DNA of 64,000 nt from a virus (lineage: Duplodnaviria > Caudoviricetes): the IMG/VR virus record IMGVR_UViG_3300033076_001181, positions 14,362-78,361 of that record. One strand, given 5' to 3'. Positions within the stretch are counted from its first letter, which is position 1; the number at the start of each line of letters is the position of its first letter. Below are positions 46,083 through 55,499 of the stretch, in pieces. The position numbers and the translations under genes are program-made. The notes under the pieces were generated by a model. That model saw nothing but the letters and a program-made list of their open reading frames with translations. It made no database searches and was not told the DNA's origin.

Positions 46083-47825
46083 TTATATTCTATACCAATC
46101 ATTAGATGGTCTAAATTTTAATATCCATTGTCCTGCTGTAACTGAATTTTCATAGTAGCAGTGTCCTACTACTCTTACAAATCCAGATGTTGGAATAGAT
46201 GTTGACATGTTTCCACTAGTGGCTCCTTCTTTTATATATACTGGTAGTCCATGGTTTGCTGATTGAATAGTATCTAGTGTAACGTCTCCTTCTAGTAATA
46301 TCATTTCATTATCTAGATATATACCTAGCATTTTTGTAGGTGATTGTGTTCCTTGATCTACAGCATACCATACTCCATCTGTATCTAACCATATTAAATT
46401 TCCAGGAACACATGATCCATGAATTTTACCACTATATCTAAAGGCTTGGCCTGAGTAGTCTAAAACATGCTCAGAAAGTAATTCTCCTTCAGCATCTATT
46501 CTACTTTCTTGTTTATGGTAAATATTTGAAGTACTTAAATAATCATTACTCCATTGTAAAGCTGTGTTTCCTCCAGGTGTTGTTAGTGCGGGTGTAGCAA
46601 AATTTACAACAACTTGATTAGAACTATTAAATAGTTGACGTGTTGATGTGTCTATAGATTTTATATTACTACTATCAGTTGTAATAAAACTTCCAGTAAC
46701 TATTAATCCATTTGTAAATCTACCACTTCCACTTACATCAAATTGATATTGAGGAGTTAATGTATTGATACCTACTTCACCACTAGCTGATATATAAACC
46801 CTAGTATAATCATCTGTTGTTCCGCCAGTGTATAGATATAAACTAGCATCAATTCCAGGAGCATGCCCTATATTACCAATATGCATATGCTCACCAGCAC
46901 CAATAATATAAGTATCATTAGGTCCACCAACATAATCTTGATTATAGGTACTACTATTAATACCCATATCAATAAAGTAAGCAAATGTTTCTCCTAAATC
47001 ATTTTGAGCTACAATATCAGAAGAAGCAGACACTCCACTATTAACATTTTTAAATACACTTTGAACGAAGCCATTTAAATCAGCTTCAGTTTCAATCATA
47101 TTAAAAGTATTATTATTAGGAGGTAAAATTCTTAACGCGGCTGGGTTATTAATGTCTCCAATTGTTTCTGTGTTAATACCAATCACACCAGTATTGATAT
47201 CATGGATATACATCCTAGCGTTAGCTGCCGCATCCGTTCCTCCATTAAATATGATTACTTCTTTTCCAGTAGAAGCATTTCCTATAAGTAAATTTTCACC
47301 TGTAGAATAAACATAAGCATCTCTAGCATTCCCTACTAATCCTGTATTAGTATATCCTGATCCGTTAATACCCATGTCGATAAAATCAACACTTTCATTT
47401 CCTGTATCAGCTGTTGCTACTACGTCTGAGGACGCTTGAGATCCAGTGTTGAAGTTTATAATATTTAATTGAGAGTAACTATTAATATTACTATGTCCTG
47501 ATATTAAATTATATGAGGTTGTAGTCCCTTGATATACAGCAAATGCTTCTTCATTTCCAGTATGGACAGAAGCTGTAGCTCCTAATATAATTTGGTTTGG
47601 AGCAACTTGATATAATGAACTTGTTGTTTGGGATGAAGAACCAGACCATAAAGGAATGTATTTATTTGTCCCTCCAGCTAATCTAGGAAATTCTTTTACA
47701 GCATTTCCCGAACCACTTCCGTAAAACAATTTTCCATCAACTACATTGATAGCTAATTCACCTTGCACTAATGATGAAGGTGTTACTCCTGAGCCTGTAC
47801 TATTTTTTGTTATTATTGTAGCCAT
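46083..47825 (-). CDS. Tail fibre-like structural protein
   Basis: GELAINVVDGKLFY N-term; duplicated ASSD.VA..D.G....FIDMGIN module; GINT motifs. Confidence 0.65.
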   Translation of the reverse strand: MATIITKNSTGSGVTPSSLVQGELAINVVDGKLFYGSGSGNAVKEFPRLAGGTNKYIPLWSGSSSQTTSSLYQVAPNQIILGATASVHTGNEEAFAVYQGTTTSYNLISGHSNINSYSQLNIINFNTGSQASSDVVATADTGNESVDFIDMGINGSGYTNTGLVGNARDAYVYSTGENLLIGNASTGKEVIIFNGGTDAAANARMYIHDINTGVIGINTETIGDINNPAALRILPPNNNTFNMIETEADLNGFVQSVFKNVNSGVSASSDIVAQNDLGETFAYFIDMGINSSTYNQDYVGGPNDTYIIGAGEHMHIGNIGHAPGIDASLYLYTGGTTDDYTRVYISASGEVGINTLTPQYQFDVSGSGRFTNGLIVTGSFITTDSSNIKSIDTSTRQLFNSSNQVVVNFATPALTTPGGNTALQWSNDYLSTSNIYHKQESRIDAEGELLSEHVLDYSGQAFRYSGKIHGSCVPGNLIWLDTDGVWYAVDQGTQSPTKMLGIYLDNEMILLEGDVTLDTIQSANHGLPVYIKEGATSGNMSTSIPTSGFVRVVGHCYYENSVTAGQWILKFRPSNDWYRI

Positions 47826-47840
47826 TATCTTATATAAATA

Positions 47841-49901
47841 TTAAAAAGTACCTCCATCTATTACACCAGTTACTGTTAGATCTCCTGTTATTCTAGAACT
47901 ACCGCTTACATCTAATCTATAAGCTGGTGATGTGGTTCCTACACCTAAATTACCGCCTGCATTAAAATAGGAATTGGCGTTAGCACTTGCTCCTAAAAAT
48001 AATCTGTTTGCAGTTCCACTTTGAACAGCATTTGTGATATATATATTACCTGTTACACTTTGGTTACCAACTAATGTTAATACTGAAGTGGTTGGAGTAG
48101 TGGTTCCTATTAAGACTTTTCCATCAGGAGCTACTATGAATGGAGTAGAGTCTGGATTCGCTGAGTCTTCTACTACTATAGCATTACCATTTCCAGTCTG
48201 GGTGATTCGTAAAGCGGCGCTGGACGTTAAAGATGAGCTAACCTCTATTATAGCTCCATTTTCTTGAGTACTTGAAGAAACATGAAGTAAGGCTGAGGGG
48301 GTAGTTGTACCTATACCAACATTTCCACTTCCAGAAATGACCATTCTAACTTTTTTACCTGTGGCGGTATCATTAGTTATGAAGTAATGTCCTTTATCTA
48401 AATAGTTATTTACATAAAGAGCATCATTTCTACTTGCATATAATGCTGTAGATGCTCTATCTAATCCGATCCAATAAGAAGTATTGATACTATATGCATT
48501 AGTTCTATCAGACAGTACTAATAAAGGTAATTTAATAGATGTATCAGCTGCTGCTACTAAATTAGCATTTGCTGCTGTTCCACCATCAAAAAACATTATT
48601 GTATCAGTAGCAGTAGATGAAGAAGCTACAATAGCATATTGTGGTGATGATGTTCCTATACCTACTTTACCTGTTGCGTCTATAACAAACGGTGTAGCAT
48701 CTGGGTTTGTGCTATCTTCTACTGTTAATGCATTTCCGGTTCCGGTTTGAGTTATGCGTAAAACAGCATCTGATGAGGCAGTATCTATAATAAATGATCC
48801 GCTTACTACTTGATTACCAATAAATGTATTAGAACCAGTAGTTGCTAAACTTGCTGATTTAGATACAAATATAGGATCTGTTTCTCGGTAAAATGAAGCT
48901 GTTAACGCTTGTGAAGCACTTTGAGCCCAACTTGCTGTTCCAAATAATGAACCTGTGAATCCTAATGTAGCATTTAAACTACCTGTTAACCCATATGAAC
49001 CGGTTAATTGATTAGAATTTATCCATAATCCATCATTATTACTTCCACTTCTAACTAATAGTTGTCCTGCTGTGAGTGAAGCAGTATTTATTCTAACATT
49101 ATGTAATTCGTCTATTTCATAACCATTATCTACTTTAACAAAGATTTTGCCTTGGTTTTGTTGTTTATAAACTACATATCCTAATATTATAGTGTGATTA
49201 GGAGCTTGAGGTTTAATATTTGTTACTGCTCCAGGAGTTGTAGGAGATAAATATAATACGTCTCCATCATTCCAAGTTTCACCTTGTAATGTTCCGGTAG
49301 TATCTATATCACGAACAAGGCCAAAAGTAGTTATAAATCCTTCTTGATTAACTGCTATATTTTCTGTGACTAAGCCTAATGTATCAACTGAATTAGTGTC
49401 ATTATTTGCTTGAGCTAATACTATTGCTAGTCGTTGACCTTGGGCTCCTCCTTCATCAAATCTACGTATGCGTACTGCTTTATATTGACTTTCTAATAAA
49501 TCAGCGCCAGTTTTATTAACAACACGTATAACTTGTTCTTGACCGATTTGTAAAGTAACATTTCCTCCTTTTAAACCTAAGTCTAAAGTACCATCAGTAT
49601 CATTCCATCTTAAACGACTTGCAGCCCCAGATCCTGAAAAATAAATAGAGTCAGTTATATTTAATGATCCTGTTAGAGTAACAGCATTTGTAGCTTTGTT
49701 AAAAGTAAAATTGCTGCTACCACTTGTAGTACCAGCATCATTAAATTGAACAGATTGGTTAGGACCAGCAGGAGCTGCTACAGCAGTAACAGTGAATAAA
49801 GAACCTGTACCATCATAGATGTTAACACCATCAGGAGTTTGTAGAACTCGTTGATAGGTATTTTCTATATTTTCGCCTGTAAGATCCCATTGATTAGGCA
49901 T
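47841..49901 (-). CDS. Tail fibre-like structural protein
   Basis: G.VGIGT repeats, duplicated LRITQTG.GNA..VEDS.NPD.TPF module; ends DGGTF. Confidence 0.7.
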   Translation of the reverse strand: MPNQWDLTGENIENTYQRVLQTPDGVNIYDGTGSLFTVTAVAAPAGPNQSVQFNDAGTTSGSSNFTFNKATNAVTLTGSLNITDSIYFSGSGAASRLRWNDTDGTLDLGLKGGNVTLQIGQEQVIRVVNKTGADLLESQYKAVRIRRFDEGGAQGQRLAIVLAQANNDTNSVDTLGLVTENIAVNQEGFITTFGLVRDIDTTGTLQGETWNDGDVLYLSPTTPGAVTNIKPQAPNHTIILGYVVYKQQNQGKIFVKVDNGYEIDELHNVRINTASLTAGQLLVRSGSNNDGLWINSNQLTGSYGLTGSLNATLGFTGSLFGTASWAQSASQALTASFYRETDPIFVSKSASLATTGSNTFIGNQVVSGSFIIDTASSDAVLRITQTGTGNALTVEDSTNPDATPFVIDATGKVGIGTSSPQYAIVASSSTATDTIMFFDGGTAANANLVAAADTSIKLPLLVLSDRTNAYSINTSYWIGLDRASTALYASRNDALYVNNYLDKGHYFITNDTATGKKVRMVISGSGNVGIGTTTPSALLHVSSSTQENGAIIEVSSSLTSSAALRITQTGNGNAIVVEDSANPDSTPFIVAPDGKVLIGTTTPTTSVLTLVGNQSVTGNIYITNAVQSGTANRLFLGASANANSYFNAGGNLGVGTTSPAYRLDVSGSSRITGDLTVTGVIDGGTF

Positions 49902-49914
49902 AACTTTTATTTAA

Positions 49915-50475
49915 TTATTTTTGTGGGAGTTTTTCTATAATCCCATTTATAATATCTTGAACTATTTTTTGTTCAATTTTATTTTCATTTAAATAAGTAC
50001 CAACTATATTATTTAATTTGTCTTTTTTAACTGTTAGATTTTTAAGATTGATATCTTCTTTAACTAACATTTTAACTAATCGAATAATATGTTCTGTTAC
50101 TGGGTCTACTTCTTCAATTCCTGTAATTTGAATTTTAGGAGCATTTTCTTTTATAACTTCAGCATCGTTTGATTTAACTTCAACAGTTACTTTACGAGAC
50201 GCTTCAACTATAAATTCTGACTTCCAAGGTGTAAAATACGTATCCTCTGCGATGACCTCAAGCTTTATTTGGCCTGAGGTACTATCTTCTAAAAGACCTT
50301 TTAATTTTTTAATAGGTATTGAACACTTACCATCTTTATTAATGGTTCCTTCGAACATTAAATTAACATCTTCTGATTCGATGATTAATCTCGCTTGACT
50401 GTTTTTTAATGAAGCTCCTTCAAGTTTAATATTACACTCAAATACTTCAGTTTTATCAGTAAATAATTTATACAT
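49915..50475 (-). CDS. Hypothetical protein in structural operon
   Basis: 186-aa ORF, stop-start coupled. Confidence 0.7.
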   Translation of the reverse strand: MYKLFTDKTEVFECNIKLEGASLKNSQARLIIESEDVNLMFEGTINKDGKCSIPIKKLKGLLEDSTSGQIKLEVIAEDTYFTPWKSEFIVEASRKVTVEVKSNDAEVIKENAPKIQITGIEEVDPVTEHIIRLVKMLVKEDINLKNLTVKKDKLNNIVGTYLNENKIEQKIVQDIINGIIEKLPQK

Positions 50476-50792
50476 TATAATTCTACTTTTATGTTTATAC
50501 CTAAGACTTCCTTAGCTACTAAGGATACGTCCGATATACGTATTTTACGATCTAGTACTTCTTTAGTTTCTTTATATTCTTTACCTTCTACTTTACAAAG
50601 TAGTTTAATAAATTTTCTTTTTTTCTCGGGATGTTTTTTAAAATACTCTTCTGGTGGTATACCTCCACCTAACACCTCAAGTATAAGTGCGCAATCATCC
50701 CAGGTAAACGGATTTCTACTTTGGTTCGGGAATGGATTCGACTCCCAAGCAAAATTTGCTTTACCCCACTGAAATGGTATTCTAGTGCTCAT
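50475..50792 (-). CDS. Hypothetical protein in structural operon
   Basis: 105-aa ORF, stop-start coupled. Confidence 0.65.
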   Translation of the reverse strand: MSTRIPFQWGKANFAWESNPFPNQSRNPFTWDDCALILEVLGGGIPPEEYFKKHPEKKRKFIKLLCKVEGKEYKETKEVLDRKIRISDVSLVAKEVLGINIKVEL

Positions 50793-51004
50793 TAGAATGT
50801 ACCTCCATTAATGTATGAGGCAGTGATAGATAATGAAGCAGTAGTATTTAAAACACCGGGGATTGTTGCTTCTGTAGAGTCAAATATTACTTCTCCGCTA
50901 GGGCCTATACTCTTTAAAGAAAATACAGCTGTAGAGTTTAGGGTTTTAGTTTCTAATGAGTCTACATCAACACTTAAAAGATCATGTATTGTTTTTTCAA
51001 CCAT
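50792..51004 (-). CDS. Hypothetical structural protein ending NGGTF
   Basis: 70-aa ORF; SITASY motif. Confidence 0.6.
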   Translation of the reverse strand: MVEKTIHDLLSVDVDSLETKTLNSTAVFSLKSIGPSGEVIFDSTEATIPGVLNTTASLSITASYINGGTF

Positions 51005-51522
51005 TATTTATAATATTTAGCGTAATCGTTATTTAAATATACATTAAAACCAGGAATATTACTTCTTTGCTCAGTTAGTAATGACATATTTTTATTTATA
51101 TTATAAACAATATCTATATTTTCTCCAGTTAATCTCCATTCCATAGAAAAAGGAGTATATAGAATTGAGGTTTCCTGTTGAAATTGATCAAAAGTTAATT
51201 CTTGAATTAAAAATTCATTTACTTTTTTTCTAAAATACCTTATAAAGAATCCATTCTTGTAATCTTCAGGAGTTGGAAATAAAGGAGGAGTATTTGTTTT
51301 TGGTAATGTTGGAGGGGGTGTTGATATTGGATTTAATGGAAATAATTCTTCATTAACTCCATCCCCAGGAAATTTACCTGTATAATACTTACCACTAGCT
51401 AGTTTATAATAATATCCTGAGTATGTAGTTCCTCCAGCAGAGTTAGCCATAGTTACTGTTTGGAATTCTCCTCCACTAGTAGATAAATTTGTTTTTATTT
51501 TATTTTTAGGATAATAAGCCAT
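51004..51522 (-). CDS. Hypothetical protein in baseplate region
   Basis: 172-aa Tyr-rich ORF following the hub gene. Confidence 0.7.
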   Translation of the reverse strand: MAYYPKNKIKTNLSTSGGEFQTVTMANSAGGTTYSGYYYKLASGKYYTGKFPGDGVNEELFPLNPISTPPPTLPKTNTPPLFPTPEDYKNGFFIRYFRKKVNEFLIQELTFDQFQQETSILYTPFSMEWRLTGENIDIVYNINKNMSLLTEQRSNIPGFNVYLNNDYAKYYK

Positions 51523-51527
51523 AATAA

Positions 51528-54500
51528 TTATATTTTACCTTTAAGACCTAAAGCGTTTTTATATCTTGTGGTAACAAGACTAGCGTTAGGTACACCTTCA
51601 TAAAGATATAATGCTACCATAGTGGCTCTTAATATAGCACAAGGATCATTAATATCAATAGCTTTTAATTTATCTAAGACTGTAGTCTTATATGCTCCAT
51701 TTAATTCATGAGCCATATATTTAGCCTGATTTTCTAAATTATCTATGGTACCTCCTTTAGTCCAACTGTTATAATATTCTTCTTTTCGCTTTTGAGTCCA
51801 TTGAGCTATACCATATGCTGTTATTGGGTTCCCTTTATAAGTTAATTTTAAAGGATTAGAACTATCTAATTTATCTCCTTTACCACTACCAGCGTTAATA
51901 ACTGTGTTGCCAGTTGATATATTTGTTTTTCCTATGTTCCAAGCTTGATAATTGATACCCGACTCAGCTATAAGGCATCCTATCAAACCATATGTAGCAG
52001 CATCACTTAAACCCAGTTTTTGTAACTCAGTTTTTACTACTTTAGCTTTACTTATAATATCTGAAGAAAGAGGGTTTGGTTGAGTATTATTACCTATTGA
52101 TGGACATAAACTAGAATAATCATTTTCTAATTGTTTAGCAGAACTCCCTTTAGCTGTAGATTTAACTTGAAGTAAATTAAGCTTATTCATTCCTTTAACA
52201 GTAATACCTTTTTGTTTTGGACCACAAATGCTGTTTAAAGTAGTTGTCCATTCACCATTAGATATATTATGAGATACTCCTGAGCATATAAATTGAATAG
52301 CGTTTTGGTATGATTGAGGTAATAATTTTGTATCTATAGTATATGATTCATATATTCTAGGACCACTTAAACCCATCATGTTTATCTCTAAATCAAAAGG
52401 TATAAATCCTATACCTGGGTATTTATCTTTTAAAACAGCTGATGATATTTTAGCTTTATAAAGATCTGAAATTGAATTTTTTAATTTGTTTATATCTTCA
52501 TCTGAGATATCATGATCATTAGTTAAATTAATTAATGTTTGCAAAGCATTAACATTAATTATAAATGTATTATCAATTGTTTCTTCAGTAGTACTATCTG
52601 TAAATTTACCATTAGGATTAGTTTTAGTCTTTATAATTCTATCTTCTAACCCAGTATTCCATTTACTTAAAGCAGTTGCATCTGATCCTACAACTGCTCC
52701 GTTTTTCTGGGCTCCAATTGTAGTCATAGTAGCAAAAGCATTAGATAATTTTGTTCTAAAATTTATATTTTTAACAAAACTTCCTCCTTTAGTACCTTGT
52801 TCACCATTAGCTGATATTAAGAACTCAACTATGGTTTTTTGAGTTTGATCACCACTTTCAAATTGTCCTGGAATAAATGTGTTGTCTATTATTTTAAAAG
52901 TGTTAGTATCTTCTTTATATATTACTTCAAAACTATTAATATTACCTAAAGCGTTTTGAATACCATTCATTAATTTTTCTAAAAACTTATATAAATTTAA
53001 TTCTCCAGTTTTAATATTATAATTATCAGCTAAAACTTTACAAACATATTCCATATTAACATGGATATGCATAGTTCTAGCTGTATAGTTATTTTCTTTT
53101 GTAAAATCTACAAAACCAACTTTTTTAGATGTTTTATTTTCTTCAATAATAATTTCATCATTTGCCTTTTTTAAATCAATATAAACACCATCTGTTTGGT
53201 TACTTAATACAGCTGATGCATTTGTATTAGAAAATTTTCTAGTAAATATTGTAAAGGTATTTTTTGTCACATTACCAATAGTTTCAGTAATAACATCATT
53301 ATTATTATTTCTAAAAGTACTTCGTGATGCACTATATAATGTAGATGAAGGACCTTCTATAATTTCAGAACTCACTATAGCCCCAGTTGTATCATTGCGA
53401 AGATATTTAAATTTATAATACTCTGTAGATGCTTTAGATGATGGATTTGTTATATATGAGTCACCTAAAATAGAAGTTACATTAGTGTTAATTTGATTAT
53501 TTGTAAAAGCATTATTAATATCACTAACTGTACTAGCAAAACTAGATATATTTCCATTAGTATAAAACTGTTGTAATAAAGTAATTAAACTAGGATCATT
53601 AGGCACTTTATCTATAATTGCATTATTACTTGAATCTACAGTTCCTTTCCATTCATTCAATATAGATGTTGAAGAATCTAAAGTTACGGATACATTTTGA
53701 ACTGTACCTAATCCTACAAACCCCAAATCAAGGGACTGTACTAAGTTGTAAGGTATACTTTTACTTTGTAAAGCTTTTTCTAATACTTGTCCTCCAGGTC
53801 CACTATATACTGAGTAGGCATATGTTGTATCTTCGTAAAAAACTTTACCAGCTTTTAAAGCATTAGCACTATTTTCTGTGTTGATAGGGATTAGACATAC
53901 TTTAGGATCTACAGACGCATGTCCTGGAATAGTGAAGCAAAAATTATTAGTAAAATTGTAATCTATTTTAAATAAAGGATCATCATTATCTTGATCATTA
54001 TATATTGTTAAGAATGAATCTATTATTCTTAATAATGCTCCTAATTTTATATAATGTTGGTTATTCCAATATCCTTCACTTAATTTTTGGAATGTCCAAG
54101 TTTTAGCTTCATACCCTGTAAGAAGATTATTATATTTACCATTATCAACAAAGGTTTGGTATTTAGCTGGTGTTAGTCCAGTGGTTGAACTTAATTTGTT
54201 ATTATTTAAAGCAAAAGATAAATTCGCATCAGTAATTCCATGAGCGTAATCTTGAAGAGGAGGACTAGATGTTTCATATCCAGGAACAACATTTAAAGCT
54301 ATAGCAGATAATATTCTATTTAATGTTGTTTTATAACGATCTCTTTCTAAAAGAGTAGACGCAGACCCAGAAGTACCTAATATAGGTGCTACATTAGAAT
54401 CAAATGAAGAATTAGTATTTAATTTTAATGACTCAATAACGTCTCCTGCTGCTCTAGCTATTAATGTTACATCATATCCTCCGTCAGGTCTAACAGTCCA

Positions 54501-55187
54501 TTCAAAATTAGTTACTAATCCAAAAAAAGCGTCATAATTACCATCAGATACTTTTTTTTCTTCTTGAATTTTACTTAAAACTTTAGTTTGGTTATATTTT
54601 CCTGAAAGGAATTCATCTGATAAATCGTGGGTTGAGTTTATTAACTCCCCATCATTATTAAAATAAAGACTATGTCCCCATTCTAATAATATAGAATATT
54701 TTAATCTTAAATATAATGCTTCAATAATTTGAAATTGTTGAAGATTATTACATTGAATTTGGATAGTAGCTTCACGTAATGAACCTCGATTTAATGCTTT
54801 AATATTAGCTGATATTAAACCTGGGGGTGGAACTAATCCATATGATGTATATGTTGGATCAGCAAAACCATATGATGATTGAAAATTATATCCTACTCCT
54901 TTAGTAAAAGAATACTTATCATTATCTTTATCATAAGCTTGGGCAGCAAATAATTTAAAATGTTTAGCTAAAGATGAATCTTTATATGTTGATGGATCTA
55001 GCCCTAAATTATTTTTAACAAAATCTTCAGAGACATTCACACCAGAAGTTAGACGTAAAAAAGCATTATTGGTATTATTCCATCTTATTACATCTAGATC
55101 TGTTTGTCCATATCTTAGTTTTTCCTGGCGTTTTAATACTTGTTTTTGAACATATTCGTCAAAACCCATTCCTATAATATCTGCCAT
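51528..55187 (-). CDS. Baseplate hub-like protein with C-terminal phage tail lysozyme domain
   Basis: C-term GLIGCLIAESG..AYGIAQWT..R..LENQAKYMAHEL; position after LysM-like gene. Confidence 0.72.
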   Translation of the reverse strand: MADIIGMGFDEYVQKQVLKRQEKLRYGQTDLDVIRWNNTNNAFLRLTSGVNVSEDFVKNNLGLDPSTYKDSSLAKHFKLFAAQAYDKDNDKYSFTKGVGYNFQSSYGFADPTYTSYGLVPPPGLISANIKALNRGSLREATIQIQCNNLQQFQIIEALYLRLKYSILLEWGHSLYFNNDGELINSTHDLSDEFLSGKYNQTKVLSKIQEEKKVSDGNYDAFFGLVTNFEWTVRPDGGYDVTLIARAAGDVIESLKLNTNSSFDSNVAPILGTSGSASTLLERDRYKTTLNRILSAIALNVVPGYETSSPPLQDYAHGITDANLSFALNNNKLSSTTGLTPAKYQTFVDNGKYNNLLTGYEAKTWTFQKLSEGYWNNQHYIKLGALLRIIDSFLTIYNDQDNDDPLFKIDYNFTNNFCFTIPGHASVDPKVCLIPINTENSANALKAGKVFYEDTTYAYSVYSGPGGQVLEKALQSKSIPYNLVQSLDLGFVGLGTVQNVSVTLDSSTSILNEWKGTVDSSNNAIIDKVPNDPSLITLLQQFYTNGNISSFASTVSDINNAFTNNQINTNVTSILGDSYITNPSSKASTEYYKFKYLRNDTTGAIVSSEIIEGPSSTLYSASRSTFRNNNNDVITETIGNVTKNTFTIFTRKFSNTNASAVLSNQTDGVYIDLKKANDEIIIEENKTSKKVGFVDFTKENNYTARTMHIHVNMEYVCKVLADNYNIKTGELNLYKFLEKLMNGIQNALGNINSFEVIYKEDTNTFKIIDNTFIPGQFESGDQTQKTIVEFLISANGEQGTKGGSFVKNINFRTKLSNAFATMTTIGAQKNGAVVGSDATALSKWNTGLEDRIIKTKTNPNGKFTDSTTEETIDNTFIINVNALQTLINLTNDHDISDEDINKLKNSISDLYKAKISSAVLKDKYPGIGFIPFDLEINMMGLSGPRIYESYTIDTKLLPQSYQNAIQFICSGVSHNISNGEWTTTLNSICGPKQKGITVKGMNKLNLLQVKSTAKGSSAKQLENDYSSLCPSIGNNTQPNPLSSDIISKAKVVKTELQKLGLSDAATYGLIGCLIAESGINYQAWNIGKTNISTGNTVINAGSGKGDKLDSSNPLKLTYKGNPITAYGIAQWTQKRKEEYYNSWTKGGTIDNLENQAKYMAHELNGAYKTTVLDKLKAIDINDPCAILRATMVALYLYEGVPNASLVTTRYKNALGLKGKI

Positions 55188-55190
55188 ATT

Positions 55191-55493
55191 TTAAGAATTT
55201 AAATTTCTATAACTGGTTAAAATTTGATTTACTTCTACAGGGATACGAATTTGTGTTCCTGTGGGTATAAATATAGAATCTTGTTCTAAAAAAGTATTAG
55301 CTATTGATATTACCCACCATAAAGTTGAATCACTATAATATTGTTGTGCTAGTAAATCTAATCTATCCCCAAATACAGTAACAACATATATATCATTTGG
55401 AGATACAGGGACATCAGGGTATTTACTATTTTTGTAATACTTTACTTTATTAGTAGAGTCTGTAGTTGATTGTATATATTGATAACGATTCAT
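55191..55493 (-). CDS. LysM/tail X-like baseplate protein
   Basis: GDRLDLLAQQYYSDSTLWWVISIAN..IPTGTQIRIP. Confidence 0.85.
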   Translation of the reverse strand: MNRYQYIQSTTDSTNKVKYYKNSKYPDVPVSPNDIYVVTVFGDRLDLLAQQYYSDSTLWWVISIANTFLEQDSIFIPTGTQIRIPVEVNQILTSYRNLNS

Positions 55494-55499
55494 AATATT

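Noticed and set aside
44412-49901. Diversity-generating retroelement acting on fibres
   Set aside because: No reverse transcriptase and no TR/VR pair differing only at adenines; the repeats are ordinary in-frame coding duplications
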